From an uncultured Clostridia bacterium (GTDB lineage Bacteria > Bacillota > Limnochordia > DTU080), in NCBI GenBank assembly GCA_964390985.1, contig CAYMKM010000002.1:1-40895 (forward strand): DNA of 40,895 nucleotides, in the 5' to 3' direction. Shown here in pieces: positions 17,168 to 27,694 of this stretch. Numbering within the stretch: position 1 is the first letter of the stretch; the number at the start of each line of letters is the position of its first letter. The notes beneath the pieces are model-generated. The model saw only the letters and a list, made by a program, of their open reading frames with translations, ran no database searches and was not told where the DNA came from. Made by a program: the position numbers and the translations under genes.

Positions 17168-18961
17168 TTAACCCTGTGGCAAACATACCCTTTGAGGTAA
17201 GACCACCCGCACATTAAGCTCTTTTAACTGCGCTTCAGATACAGGTGCCGGTGCGGCCATCAATAAATCCATAGCGCTTTGCGTTTTCGGGAAGGCAATG
17301 CAATCGCGAATGGAGTCACGGCCGGACATTAGCATAATCATGCGATCCAAGCCAAAAGCCACCCCACCGTGAGGTGGTGCTCCATATTCCAGCGCTTCCA
17401 GCAAAAATCCGAACTTAGTTTGTGCCTCTTCTTCGCTCATGCTCAATGCTTTAAACATTGCTTCCTGCACATTGCGATCATTAATGCGGATGCTACCGCC
17501 GCCTAGTTCCACGCCATTAAGCACTAAATCGTAGGCTTGAGCGCGCACTTGTGCGGGATCTGTTTGCAGCAAAGGCAAATCTGCCGCGATAGGTGCTGTA
17601 AACGGGTGATGTGCAGCCGTATAACGGCGACTCTCCGTATCGTACTCAAATAGCGGCCAATCAACTACCCACACAAACTCCCAGCAGTTGGGCTTAATCA
17701 AACCCAATTTATCTGCCATATACAAGCGAAGCCGACCTAAAGCTTCAGAAACCGTGGTAAAGTCACTAGCCACAAAACAAAGCAAGTCGCCAGGCTCTGC
17801 CTGTAAAGCCGTAATAAGATCAGATATTTCCTTAGGTGAAAAGAACTTAGCTATTGATGAGCGTACCTGACCGCCTTCTTCGACGACCAGCCAGGCTAGC
17901 CCCTTGGCACCATGCTGCGCAACTATGGCGGGTAGCAGATCAATTTCCCGCCGCGGCCAGGTCCCGGCACCTTTAGCATTAATCCCCTTCACTAATTTTC
18001 CCGATGCCACAGCATCAGCGAACACTTTAAAACCACTGTCAGCTACAATATCTGTCACGTTGACAATAGGTAAATCAAAGCGTAAATCGGGTTTATCCGA
18101 ACCATATCGCGTCATCGCTTCGTCGTAAGATAGACGCTTAATAGGCAATTGAACTTCTACACCGACCTCTTTAAATACATGGGCAATAAGAGACTCCATC
18201 ACCCGCATAACATCGTCGCTGTTTACAAACGACATCTCTATATCTATTTGGGTGAATTCTGGTTGCCGATCGGCCCGCAAATCTTCATCGCGAAAACAGC
18301 GGACTATCTGGAAGTAACGTTCCAACCCGCCCATCATCAGTAGTTGTTTATAAATTTGCGGTGATTGTGGTAGGGCATAAAAAGCGCCAGCATGAACGCG
18401 ACTAGGTACCAAATAATCGCGAGCACCTTCCGGAGTGGAACGGGTAAGCATAGGCGTTTCGATCTCTAAAAACTCTTCTTTATCCAGGTAGTCGCGTACA
18501 GCTTTCGTCACCTTATGCCGCAATATTAACGTCTCTTGCATCTGCGGACGCCGCAAATCCAAATAGCGGTGACGCAAACGTAGCGATTCATCTACTTCCT
18601 CCGCTTTATCCAGCTGAAAGGGGGGTGTTTTCGCTTCGTTCAATAAGCACATATCATTAGCATACACTTCTACTTCGCCGGTAGCTAAATTGGGGTTAGC
18701 CATGCCCGGCAAGCGCGTCCGCACCTCGCCGGCGACAGATATTACATATTCGTTGCGTAGTTTTTCCGCTGTACTAAAAATATGACCAGCCACTTCAGGG
18801 CTGAAAACCACTTGTACTACGCCCCAACGATCGCGCAAATCAACAAATATTAACCCGCCGTGGTCGCGACGCCGTAAAACCCATCCCGCTAACTTCACTT
18901 TTTGCCCTACGTGGGCCAGCCGTAACTCGCCACACGCATGAGTGCGCATGCTTTGTTCCAT
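17168..18961 (-). CDS. aspS: Aspartate--tRNA ligase
   Basis: 'MRTHACGELRLAHVGQKVKLAGWVLRRRDHGGLIFVDLRDRWG', 'FRDEDLRADRQPEFTQID' and 'GGGSIRI' match AspS. The start was trimmed from ORF-track 19012 to ATG 18961. ATG 18949 is equally compatible with homologs. Confidence 0.95.
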   Translation of the reverse strand: MEQSMRTHACGELRLAHVGQKVKLAGWVLRRRDHGGLIFVDLRDRWGVVQVVFSPEVAGHIFSTAEKLRNEYVISVAGEVRTRLPGMANPNLATGEVEVYANDMCLLNEAKTPPFQLDKAEEVDESLRLRHRYLDLRRPQMQETLILRHKVTKAVRDYLDKEEFLEIETPMLTRSTPEGARDYLVPSRVHAGAFYALPQSPQIYKQLLMMGGLERYFQIVRCFRDEDLRADRQPEFTQIDIEMSFVNSDDVMRVMESLIAHVFKEVGVEVQLPIKRLSYDEAMTRYGSDKPDLRFDLPIVNVTDIVADSGFKVFADAVASGKLVKGINAKGAGTWPRREIDLLPAIVAQHGAKGLAWLVVEEGGQVRSSIAKFFSPKEISDLITALQAEPGDLLCFVASDFTTVSEALGRLRLYMADKLGLIKPNCWEFVWVVDWPLFEYDTESRRYTAAHHPFTAPIAADLPLLQTDPAQVRAQAYDLVLNGVELGGGSIRINDRNVQEAMFKALSMSEEEAQTKFGFLLEALEYGAPPHGGVAFGLDRMIMLMSGRDSIRDCIAFPKTQSAMDLLMAAPAPVSEAQLKELNVRVVLPQRVCLPQG

Positions 18962-19008
18962 TCTTCGGGTCCCTTTTTTGGTAAAAGCGACCCGCCCACC
19001 TCCCATAA

Positions 19009-20265
19009 TCACCGATTAATAAGTATATTTACTACCTGTGGCAAAGGAAGCTCCTCTTGCGTGGCTGTTTGCATATTACGCACCTGAACCACACCTTTGG
19101 CCAGCTCATCTTCGCCCACTATTACAACTGTAGATGCACCGAGGCGATTAGCAGCCTTCAACTGCGCTTTTAAGCTGCGCTGCAGATAATCTGTTTCTAC
19201 GATTAACCCTGCCTGACGCAACTGATGCACCAATTTAAACGTCGGCAAGCGCGCTGCCGCTCCCAAGGAAGCAACAAACACCTGAACCTCATTGGTCCGC
19301 GATGGATTCTTATTTTGCCTGGCTAAAGCTTCTATAACTCTTTCTATACCGGAAGCAAAACCCACTCCCGGAGTAGCGGGCCCACCGCACTCCTCCACTA
19401 AACCATCGTAGCGCCCGCCCCCACATATTGAGGATTGCGCGCCTAAATCATTACTCTGTACTTCAAAAACTGTTCTCGAATAGTAGTCTAACCCACGCAC
19501 AAGTCGATCGTCCAGCACAAATGGAATAGCCATCTCATTTAAATAAGTTTGCACCAGAGAAAAATGGTGCTGGCATTCGTCGCATAAAAAATCTACGCTG
19601 CGCGGGACATTCTCTATAGCTTGTTGGCATTGCGCACTCTTGCAATCCAAAATACGCAAGGGGTTTAGTTCGTACCTATTGCGGCAAGTGGAACACAACC
19701 GCGCCAAATTGGGGGTGAGATGACTTATTAAGGCCTCTCTGTATGTATGGCGACATTGTGGACAACCAATGCTGTTTAGCTTCACCAAAAAATTACCTAA
19801 CCCCAACCGCCGGTATATTTCTATGGGAATGGCAATCATCTCGGCATCCAAGGCTGGATCCGCGCTACCTAACGCTTCAGCACCCAACTGATGGAACTGA
19901 CGGTAACGGCCAGCTTGTGGCTTTTCATATCGAAACCCGGAAGTAAAGTAGTATAGCTTGACTGGCTGCGGCCAGGCGGCCATATTGTGCTCTAGGTAAG
20001 CGCGGACAACCGACGCTGTCCCCTCGGGGCGCAAAGTAATACTGCGGCCACCTTTATCCGTAAATGTATACATCTCCTTATTTACTACATCAGTTGCCTC
20101 GCCAATGCCGCGTACAAATAACTCCGTATGTTCAAATACGGGTGTTATTATCTCGCGATAACCGTACCGAGTAAAAACGGTACGCGCCTCTTGCTGTAAC
20201 CATTGCCAACGCTCCACTTCACCAGGCAGAATGTCTGATGTGCCGCGTGGCGCACGCAACTGCAT
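19009..20265 (-). CDS. hisS: Histidine--tRNA ligase
   Basis: 'RAPRGTSDILPGE', 'MYTFTDKGGRSITLRPEGTASVVR', 'YYFTSGFRYEKPQAGRYRQFHQ' and 'GGGRYDGL' match HisS. ATG 20265 follows AGAGGTGA. Confidence 0.95.
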   Translation of the reverse strand: MQLRAPRGTSDILPGEVERWQWLQQEARTVFTRYGYREIITPVFEHTELFVRGIGEATDVVNKEMYTFTDKGGRSITLRPEGTASVVRAYLEHNMAAWPQPVKLYYFTSGFRYEKPQAGRYRQFHQLGAEALGSADPALDAEMIAIPIEIYRRLGLGNFLVKLNSIGCPQCRHTYREALISHLTPNLARLCSTCRNRYELNPLRILDCKSAQCQQAIENVPRSVDFLCDECQHHFSLVQTYLNEMAIPFVLDDRLVRGLDYYSRTVFEVQSNDLGAQSSICGGGRYDGLVEECGGPATPGVGFASGIERVIEALARQNKNPSRTNEVQVFVASLGAAARLPTFKLVHQLRQAGLIVETDYLQRSLKAQLKAANRLGASTVVIVGEDELAKGVVQVRNMQTATQEELPLPQVVNILINR

Positions 20266-20288
20266 TACCTTCACCTCTCGTATGTAGA

Positions 20289-20312
20289 GAGGCCCGTGTT
20301 ATTACGGGCCTC
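20289..20312 (-). terminator. GC-rich hairpin downstream of the PPIase gene (weak terminator or RNA-stabilising stem)
   Basis: It has a 9-bp perfect stem (GAGGCCCGT / ACGGGCCTC) with a 6-nt loop. No U-tract follows on the minus strand. It sits in the 60-nt spacer before hisS. Confidence 0.3.
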
Positions 20313-20324
20313 CCGCTAAACCCT

Positions 20325-21767
20325 TTATTGATTCTCAGCCTCATTCAGTTTCTTTTGTAGCTCCTCTTGCGCCTTCATCTGCTGTTCATAAGCCTTTTGT
20401 TGTTCTTCAACCATTTGCTGAATAGCTTCCATCTTTTTCTCTTCTGTCCTAGCATCAGCACTAAGTTCCAGACTCTCGAACAGCTCTTTTAACTGAGCAT
20501 GCAACCTATAGTTGATGGTATCAAGCGAGGAGGCCTTACGGAATGACTCTGCAGCTTTCTCGCTATCTCCCTGCTCATTATAGACCATACCTAAAATCAT
20601 GTGTAATTCAGGATCAGTCTCTCTTTTACTCACTGCGGCCTGATATTCACTCAATGCCCGCTCGGGATCGTCTAGCTTGCGGAAAACCTCTCCTAAAGCC
20701 AAGTTAAGGCATGGATTGTATGGATCCTCTTCCATAGCTTTTTGATACTCAGATATGGACTGCGATAATTGGTTATTCACCGCAAGATGGTGAGCACGTA
20801 AAGCTGGATCGTTTATAACAATTTTGGCCTCGTTATGCACCTGGGCAAACCATTCCTGATACTGATTCGCAGCCTTCTCCGCTTCTATCTGCTCTTTTAG
20901 GCCTTCTTTCGCCTTTTCGTACTCTTCGCCGGCAGCTTCCTTGCGCGCTGTCACATGAATCAGGTGATAACCATAAGCGCTTTTCACTGGTTCACTTATA
21001 TCGCCAACCTTCAATGCGAAAGCAGCGTTGGCAAAATCTTCATCCATTCCTGAGCGGGCGAAGAATCCTAATTCGCCACCCTTGCTCTTAGTTGCCGTAT
21101 CGGTGGAATACTTTTCTGCCATGCTAGCAAAACTCTTGCCGGCACGAATTTCAGCAAGTACGTTTTCCGCTTGCTTTTTAGCAGCATCCCAGTTTCCGCT
21201 AACAGGCGAAATCAAAATGTGGCTAGCTTCTACCTGCTCGTACGCCTTTACTAGATCCTCTTCAGTTAACTCAACTTTTGATTTCATATCACGCAGCTTG
21301 TTGACGCTCATTTCCTCTTTTATAAGCTGCTTCAACTTAGCCTCAGTTAAGCCGTTTTGTTCCAACACGCTCTTGAATTCGCTGTCAGAGGGATAGTTTT
21401 GTTTGATGGTAGAGAGTTGCTCGTTAATCTCCTTGTTGGAAACCTTGATGCGAGCTTTACGTGTCTGTTGAACTAGCAGCTTCTGACCTATGAGTTGCTG
21501 CAGTGCCCCGTATTTGATTTCTTCAACATAAGAAATTGGGATTTCACCATACATTTGTTGTAAATAGTTCGCTGTACTAATGTATGCTTCTTCGTATTCA
21601 CTTGCTTTAATAGATACTCCGTTCACCTTGGCAATAACAGTGCGCGCTCGCTTGCTGCCACCGCCAAAGCCACCTCCAAGCCACAAAAGAGAAGCGGCAA
21701 AAGCTACAACGATAACTATCATAATCACTCTCATTAGCCGCTTATTACGAAACGCTTGGAACACCAT
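20325..21767 (-). CDS. Membrane-anchored parvulin-type peptidyl-prolyl isomerase (PpiD/PrsA-like) with C-terminal TPR and coiled-coil extension
   Basis: The N-terminal TM is 'VIMIVIVVAFAASLLW'. A SurA_N-like region is followed by the parvulin core 'ASHILIS', 'GGELGFF' and 'YGYHLIHV'. About three TPR-like repeats and a Lys/Glu/Gln-rich coiled-coil tail complete the protein. ATG follows AAGGAGG. Confidence 0.85.
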   Translation of the reverse strand: MVFQAFRNKRLMRVIMIVIVVAFAASLLWLGGGFGGGSKRARTVIAKVNGVSIKASEYEEAYISTANYLQQMYGEIPISYVEEIKYGALQQLIGQKLLVQQTRKARIKVSNKEINEQLSTIKQNYPSDSEFKSVLEQNGLTEAKLKQLIKEEMSVNKLRDMKSKVELTEEDLVKAYEQVEASHILISPVSGNWDAAKKQAENVLAEIRAGKSFASMAEKYSTDTATKSKGGELGFFARSGMDEDFANAAFALKVGDISEPVKSAYGYHLIHVTARKEAAGEEYEKAKEGLKEQIEAEKAANQYQEWFAQVHNEAKIVINDPALRAHHLAVNNQLSQSISEYQKAMEEDPYNPCLNLALGEVFRKLDDPERALSEYQAAVSKRETDPELHMILGMVYNEQGDSEKAAESFRKASSLDTINYRLHAQLKELFESLELSADARTEEKKMEAIQQMVEEQQKAYEQQMKAQEELQKKLNEAENQ

Positions 21768-21806
21768 GCGGTAGTGCCTCCTTAATATTCATAAGTATAA
21801 TTGACA

Positions 21807-21846
21807 CAAAAAAAGCTTGTCCCGATGGAACCACCCGGCAGACAAG
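21807..21846 (-). terminator. Rho-independent terminator-like hairpin plus U-tract
   Basis: The minus strand reads CTTGTC-tg-CCG, an 11-nt loop, then CGGGACAAG, followed by C and TTTTTTT. It lies 160 nt after the dtd stop and 40 nt before the PPIase ATG. Confidence 0.6.
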
Positions 21847-21874
21847 TCCTGCAGCAATTGACGTGTCATTGATT

Positions 21875-21904
21875 ATTGTAAATGACGCTGGGAACAGGTG
21901 TCAA
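21875..21904 (-). promoter_or_regulatory. Sigma-A type promoter-like element
   Basis: The minus strand reads TTGACA, an 18-nt spacer, then TACAAT. It is located upstream of the terminator-like hairpin above. Confidence 0.4.
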
Positions 21905-22008
21905 TGAAATGACCTAATGCTACCACCTTTTCCGTTACCAGCTTTACCTCAAAATAGATTATCCGCCTGGTTTATCCTCTTCACCGTCCCTTTAGCCCCT
22001 TTTTACGC

Positions 22009-22446
22009 CTATGTATCAAGCAAAACCGTGACTGGGCCATCATTTACCAGGCTAATTTGCATATGCTCACCAAAAATACCCGTAGCGACCGAAACACCCT
22101 TATCGCGTATGGCTGCCGCAGCAAGTTCGTATAATTCATTTGCTAATTGTGGAGCAGCCGCGGCTGTAAAACTAGGGCGGCGCCCACGCCGACAATCTGC
22201 ATACAAGGTAAATTGAGAAACTAACATTACCTCACCGACTACATCAAGCACCGAAAGGTTCATTTTACCGGCAGAATCGGCAAACAATCGCAGGTTAACA
22301 AGTTTGTTTACCATGTAGTCAACATCGGCTTCTGTGTCGTCGGCTGCCACTGCCATTAGTACGAGCAACCCCGGTCCAATGTGACTATGTAGTTCATTAG
22401 CCACTCTCACACTGGCTTGCGTTACCCGTTGTATTACTATGCGCAT
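22009..22446 (-). CDS. dtd: D-aminoacyl-tRNA deacylase
   Basis: 145 aa. 'MRIVIQRVTQASVRV', 'GPGLLVLMAV' and 'VSQFTLYAD..RGRRPSF' match Dtd. Confidence 0.95.
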   Translation of the reverse strand: MRIVIQRVTQASVRVANELHSHIGPGLLVLMAVAADDTEADVDYMVNKLVNLRLFADSAGKMNLSVLDVVGEVMLVSQFTLYADCRRGRRPSFTAAAAPQLANELYELAAAAIRDKGVSVATGIFGEHMQISLVNDGPVTVLLDT

Positions 22447-22477
22447 TGTGCCGACACCTTTCTTAGTTTACACCATT

Positions 22478-24673
22478 TCAACTAGGTTGAGCGCGACGCA
22501 CATGCAATACACCATTCACCTGACGAATCCTTTGCATGACCGTTTGCATTTGCGATATATCATCAATATCAACAACCAAATGCACTATTGCTATGTGCCC
22601 TTTCACAGTGCGCGCCTGCACCGACGATATGTTTATGCGCCCTTCTGAAACTGTTGTCATCACATTTGTCAGCAAATTTACACGATCCAACGCTTCAATT
22701 TCTATTTCTACCGGGAATAGGCCACATTCATTTGTATCCCACTCTACTTCGATCTGCCGATCTGGTTCTTTTTGCAAATCCAAAGCATTAGGGCAATCGG
22801 CTCGGTGAATAGAAACGCCTCTTCCCCGAGTAATGTAACCGAGAATATGATCCCCTGGCACAGGGCTACAACAACGAGCAATGCGCACCAGCATATCTTC
22901 TTCGCCATGCACCAAAATGCCGCGTTGAGGGCGTGTTTTTCTTGTTTTCTGCCGCTCTTTCAAACGCAGCTGTGCCCGCAGTTGCTCATAAAATGACCGT
23001 CCTAACAAGCCCACCAACAACTGAGATAAAGTGACTGCACCAAAACCCAACCCAGAAAACATATCGTCAATGTTATCAAAACGATAACGATGGCAAGTCT
23101 CTTGCACCCGCTCCGAGCGAAGTACCTCTTTGGGTTCACAGCCAAATTTACGTAGCTCTTTTTCCAACATCTCTTTGCCGCGTTCGATAGCCTCTTCCCG
23201 CCGTTGCTCTTTAATAAAAGATCGGATCTTACTGCGTGCCTTCGATGTTTTTACGAATGTTAGCCAATCTTGCCGCGGCGCTGTTACTTTACTAGTAAGG
23301 ATCTCTACAAACTCACCATTAGCTAACTGATGATCTAACGGAACAATGCGACCATTCACCTTCGCGCCAATGCAGCGCATACCTACATCGGTATGCACAC
23401 TGAAGGCAAAATCAACTGGCGTAGATCCTGCTGGCAGGTTTTTTACATCACCTTTAGGAGTAAATACGAACACTTCATCTTCAAACAAATCTATTTTCAA
23501 GGTCTCCAGAATGTCTTCCGGATCCTTCACTTCACGCAACCACTCCATAAGCTGTCGCAACCAGGCTACTTTTTCCTCAAATTTCTTCTCAGCATGCCCC
23601 TCCTTATAAAGCCAGTGAGCGGCAATGCCCCGTTCAGCGATGCGATGCATTTCTATTGTACGAATTTGAATTTCAACCGGTTCGCCACCGGGTCCAATAA
23701 TAGTGGTGTGTAACGATTGATAGAGATTAGATTTGGGCATAGCGATATAATCTTTAAACCGACCGGGCACTGGTTTCCATAAACTGTGTACCAAGCCGAG
23801 CGCTCCGTAGCAGTCTTTCACGGTTTTAGTGATAATCCGCACTGCCATTAGGTCGTATATCTCAGATAAATCGCATTTGCGATTTTGCATCTTCTGATAA
23901 ATGCTGTATAAATTTTTCGGTCGCCCTTGTATATCCACAAAATCTACATCGACATCGCCTAGACGCGTACGTAAGGTGCGCATCACTTCTTCTATTTCAA
24001 CTTCCCGTTCTTTGCGTTTGCTCGATATACGGGTAGCTAGATCGCGAAACGCCTCTGGTTCCAAATAACGAAAAGCCTGGTCTTCCATCTCCCACTTGAT
24101 ACTCCACATGCCAAGTCGGTGGGTTAACGGCGTGTATATTTCCAAAGTTTCGCGGGCTATTTTTTTCTGGCGTTCGCTAGTCAATGCTTCGAGTGTACGC
24201 AAGTTATGCAAACGATCAGCCAGTTTAATTAAGACTACCCGAAGATCCTCAGCCATAGATAAGAACATTTTGCGCAATGACTGAGCTTGGTGCTCCTCTT
24301 TAGTTTGAAAGGGTATCCGTGATAGTTTGGTCACGCCATCGACCAAACGTGTTATTTCGCTGCCAAACTCCGCCTCCATTGATTCTCGCGTAACACTGGT
24401 ATCTTCTATGACATCGTGAAGCAAGCCAGCGGCCATAGTGACTGGATCAAGCTCCAACTCGGCAAGAATGCAAGCTACCTGATACGGATGATTCAAAAAG
24501 GCTTCGCCCGAATCGCGCTTTTGACCTATATGAGCTGTGCGGGCGAAGAAGAAGGCCTTGGTAACAAGGGAAAGATCGGCATCTGGCTGATAACGGCGCA
24601 CCTTATCCACTAACGCCTGCAAATCTGCGTTATCGTCCTGCCGCTGTGGGCTGGTAGCAATGTGGTAAGTCAC
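22478..24673 (-). CDS. relA: Bifunctional (p)ppGpp synthetase/hydrolase (RelA/SpoT homolog)
   Basis: The HD domain reads 'HPYQVACILAELELDPVTMAAGLLHDVIEDT'. The synthetase reads 'RPKNLYSIYQKM', 'YDLMAVRIIT' and 'YQSLHTTIIGP..VEIQIRT'. TGS and ACT regions lie C-terminal. I chose GTG 24673 (AGGGGTGA SD, 7-nt spacer). ORF-track start 24766 would overlap apt by 59 nt, and GTG 24700 is an alternative. Confidence 0.93.
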   Translation of the reverse strand: MTYHIATSPQRQDDNADLQALVDKVRRYQPDADLSLVTKAFFFARTAHIGQKRDSGEAFLNHPYQVACILAELELDPVTMAAGLLHDVIEDTSVTRESMEAEFGSEITRLVDGVTKLSRIPFQTKEEHQAQSLRKMFLSMAEDLRVVLIKLADRLHNLRTLEALTSERQKKIARETLEIYTPLTHRLGMWSIKWEMEDQAFRYLEPEAFRDLATRISSKRKEREVEIEEVMRTLRTRLGDVDVDFVDIQGRPKNLYSIYQKMQNRKCDLSEIYDLMAVRIITKTVKDCYGALGLVHSLWKPVPGRFKDYIAMPKSNLYQSLHTTIIGPGGEPVEIQIRTIEMHRIAERGIAAHWLYKEGHAEKKFEEKVAWLRQLMEWLREVKDPEDILETLKIDLFEDEVFVFTPKGDVKNLPAGSTPVDFAFSVHTDVGMRCIGAKVNGRIVPLDHQLANGEFVEILTSKVTAPRQDWLTFVKTSKARSKIRSFIKEQRREEAIERGKEMLEKELRKFGCEPKEVLRSERVQETCHRYRFDNIDDMFSGLGFGAVTLSQLLVGLLGRSFYEQLRAQLRLKERQKTRKTRPQRGILVHGEEDMLVRIARCCSPVPGDHILGYITRGRGVSIHRADCPNALDLQKEPDRQIEVEWDTNECGLFPVEIEIEALDRVNLLTNVMTTVSEGRINISSVQARTVKGHIAIVHLVVDIDDISQMQTVMQRIRQVNGVLHVRRAQPS

Positions 24674-24707
24674 ACCTAATTCACCCCTATGGGCACTCAC
24701 ATTACCC

Positions 24708-25226
24708 CTACTCTTCGTAGGAGACCAAAGATAGAATGTCGTGATCGCCCAGGTGCTGCCGCCCATTAAGAAATGCTAATTCCACAAGAAATGCAAAACC
24801 AGCTACTGTACCGCCAAGTTGCTCCACCAAGCGGGCGGCTGCTGAAATAGTACCACCGGTGGCCAACAAATCATCAACCAGTAAAACGCGCTTGCCTGGT
24901 TCTATGGCGTCCTTATGAATTTCCAATGCATCTGTGCCATACTCCAGATCATATTCGATGCGTAACTTATCAGCAGGTAACTTGCCTGGTTTGCGAACCA
25001 ATACAAAACCGAGACCCAGTTCGTAGGCAATAGGCGCACCAAAGATAAAACCGCGTGATTCCACACCTACTACTACATCAATATTCTTGTTGGCATAATG
25101 CTCCGCCATTTTCTGTACCACATAGCGCAATGCCTGCGGATCCTTCAATACTGTGGTAATATCAATAAAATTGACGCCTGCTTTAGGAAAATCAGGCACC
25201 TGCCGCATTAATTGCTTTAGGTTCAC
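24708..25226 (-). CDS. apt: Adenine phosphoribosyltransferase
   Basis: '[21 protein letters not shown]', '[12 protein letters not shown]' and '[13 protein letters not shown]' match Apt. GTG 25226 lies 7 nt downstream of GGAGG and forms a GTGA overlap with the recJ stop. The ORF-track N-terminal extension was rejected. Confidence 0.93.
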   Translation of the reverse strand: MNLKQLMRQVPDFPKAGVNFIDITTVLKDPQALRYVVQKMAEHYANKNIDVVVGVESRGFIFGAPIAYELGLGFVLVRKPGKLPADKLRIEYDLEYGTDALEIHKDAIEPGKRVLLVDDLLATGGTISAAARLVEQLGGTVAGFAFLVELAFLNGRQHLGDHDILSLVSYEE

Positions 25227-27694
25227 GTCGCTTCCTCCCGCCCAGCTAGTGCCAGTGCATGCGCTGGTATACCCGAAGATGCCAAATGCCAAATGGCCGA
25301 ACAATTAAGATCGGGAACCAGAATTGCCTCTGCTTGCTTCCGTTTAGTTATGCAATCATTATAGCTTAGGGATTCTGCCAAGTCCAGCTTAAGGCCTGGG
25401 TGCGGCAGAAGGTGCCACCCTTTTGTTTCCTGGGCTAGCTGTAGCTGCTGCAACACCTGCATCGCCAGGCGTGCCCCGGTAATGCTAAGTTTACACGCCG
25501 TGGCTACCTGCGGCAAAGAAACACCAGCCTGCTCAACTCCCGCCTTTTGCATATAACGGTAAACACGCACCATTTCCGCCCGCCTGGGCCAATCACGGGC
25601 TATTAACTGCCTAGCCCACTGCAGCTCTTTTTGGCCATACAACACATGTACTTCCGCTATGGTGGTAAGGCTTTCAACTAATGCTAACCAACTACTACCC
25701 ACTGGTGGTGCACATAATACCAACGCAACTGGACTGACAAACGATGCAGGTGTGTAATGGGTATCACACTCTGGCCAACACATACATAAACGGTTAGCAT
25801 CGCCACCCGCTAGTTCTACTTGCTGCACCAATTTATTTGCAGCCGCAGCTTCTGTTGTCCATATCAAAGGTACGAGACCACGCTGTAATATCGATAATAT
25901 GTAATCAGCACTGGTGGTCATATATCCCCTAGCATCAATACAGCTAACATTGCTAACCTCATCTAAGGCGGCGGCTACCTCTTCGGTAACTGTGGTCGAT
26001 CGTATATCTTGTAAATGTAATTGTAGATCCTGATAACCGTTCCATTCATTACACCGTAGCTGATAGGCTATATCTATTTGATCAGTCGCCTTGGGCGCAA
26101 GCGCTGCCATGCGAAAACCTATCGAACTAATGCGACGGCGCCCATGAGGAAGCACCAGACGCAAATGATTTTGTTCTTGCCCAACTAACCGCACCTCACA
26201 AGGTTGCACGTTAAACGAAGCAAACACTGGTTGCGGATTACCATAACCAAACGGTCCCAAACGATTTAACTCGGCCAATAGATCCATGTTTAGCTGTGCC
26301 AAATCATCCACACAACAATCAATATCAATTTGGCGAGAAACTGGCTTGTCGGCCAATTGCTTCTCGGCTGCAGCAGATAAACGTGTTTGTAACTCAGGAA
26401 TATCAGCCACGTTAATGGTCATGCCTGCAGCCATAGCATGGCCTCCATAACGCACCAGAATATCGGCACAATCTTGCAAAGCGTCAATCATGTTAAAACC
26501 GGATACACTGCGTCCAGAACCAGTAGCAGCCTCTCCTTCTTGAGCGAGCACAATTGCGGGCCGGGCGTACATATCTACTAGTCGCGATGCAACAATACCC
26601 ACCACACCCTGATGCCAACCCTCTTTGGCCACAACTATTACTGGCGCATCCTCCATGGCCTCCACCATTTGCCGGGCTTCGCTCAGCACCTGTTTCTCTA
26701 CTGATTGACGTTGACGGTTGGCACTATCGAGCTCTTCTGCAGCAGGATATGCATCAGCCAAATTATCGCTAAGCAACATCTCCACACCAATAGCAGCATC
26801 TGCTATGCGTCCAGCGGCGTTCAGGCGCGGTGCCATTTGAAAACCAATATGGTACGAGTCTATCCGGCCCGATGGAGTACCGGCCACCTGAGCCAAAGCC
26901 GCTAGGCCCGGTAGCGGATCATTATTCAACTTTTGCATACCCAATCCAACTAAGTAACGGTTTTCATCTTGCAACGGTACTATATCAGCTACAGTACCTA
27001 CCGCCACTAAATCCAGCAAATCGCTCATGTCATGGGGCGCACCCATCTTCTCATTTAACGCTCTCATTAACTTATAGGCTACTCCCACTCCAGCCAATTG
27101 CGACCACGGGTAGGTAGCCCTCGCCAATTTAGGATTAATTAAAGCTAACGGTTGCGCCATATTTGCTTCAGGTTCATGGTGATCGGTCACAATGCAATCC
27201 ATGCCTGCAGCCTTAGCTAAAGCTACCTCGCTGAGCGAATTGGTACCGCAATCTACAGTGATCATCAGAGTATAGCCAGCATCACTTAGATCTTGCACTG
27301 CCTGCGAGTTCAGTCCATAACCTTCTTCGAGGCGATGCGGAATATAATAACTAGCGCATAACCCTAGGCGGCGCAGTGCTAAAATAACCAGTGCAGTAGC
27401 ACACTGACCATCAGCATCAAAATCGCCGTATACCACTAAGCGCTCTTGTTTTTGACATGCGGTGACCAAGCGATCTACAGCGAGATCTACATCGGGTAGT
27501 AGCCATGGAGAATGGGCTATGTCATGCTCCAGACCATATAAGCGGCTGGCTGCATCAGCATTGACACCGCCGCGAGCGGCCAACACTTGAGCCGTCAGAA
27601 AACTCACACCAAGAACATCGCTGATAACTTGAGCAGCCGCCCGGTTTGGCGTGGGTATATTCCAAATTTGTTTATGGGCATCAGAAATAGGCAA
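25223..27694 (-). CDS. recJ: Single-stranded-DNA-specific exonuclease RecJ
   Basis: DHH motifs are '[15 protein letters not shown]', 'ITVDCGTNS' and 'CIVTDHHE', with DHHA1 'GGHAMAAG'. TTG 27694 (GGAGGG SD, 6-nt spacer) gives '[13 protein letters not shown]', which matches the usual RecJ N-terminus. Confidence 0.93.
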   Translation of the reverse strand: MPISDAHKQIWNIPTPNRAAAQVISDVLGVSFLTAQVLAARGGVNADAASRLYGLEHDIAHSPWLLPDVDLAVDRLVTACQKQERLVVYGDFDADGQCATALVILALRRLGLCASYYIPHRLEEGYGLNSQAVQDLSDAGYTLMITVDCGTNSLSEVALAKAAGMDCIVTDHHEPEANMAQPLALINPKLARATYPWSQLAGVGVAYKLMRALNEKMGAPHDMSDLLDLVAVGTVADIVPLQDENRYLVGLGMQKLNNDPLPGLAALAQVAGTPSGRIDSYHIGFQMAPRLNAAGRIADAAIGVEMLLSDNLADAYPAAEELDSANRQRQSVEKQVLSEARQMVEAMEDAPVIVVAKEGWHQGVVGIVASRLVDMYARPAIVLAQEGEAATGSGRSVSGFNMIDALQDCADILVRYGGHAMAAGMTINVADIPELQTRLSAAAEKQLADKPVSRQIDIDCCVDDLAQLNMDLLAELNRLGPFGYGNPQPVFASFNVQPCEVRLVGQEQNHLRLVLPHGRRRISSIGFRMAALAPKATDQIDIAYQLRCNEWNGYQDLQLHLQDIRSTTVTEEVAAALDEVSNVSCIDARGYMTTSADYILSILQRGLVPLIWTTEAAAANKLVQQVELAGGDANRLCMCWPECDTHYTPASFVSPVALVLCAPPVGSSWLALVESLTTIAEVHVLYGQKELQWARQLIARDWPRRAEMVRVYRYMQKAGVEQAGVSLPQVATACKLSITGARLAMQVLQQLQLAQETKGWHLLPHPGLKLDLAESLSYNDCITKRKQAEAILVPDLNCSAIWHLASSGIPAHALALAGREEAT

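Noticed and set aside
24674-25304. Long N-terminal extensions in the ORF track. They affect relA (to 24766), apt (to 25304), recJ (to 27730), aspS (to 19012), the bitopic protein (to 9326) and yqeH (to 4573).
   Set aside because: The extensions overlap upstream genes, lack SD sequences and add non-homologous residues. Internal starts have canonical SD spacing and match known N-termini.
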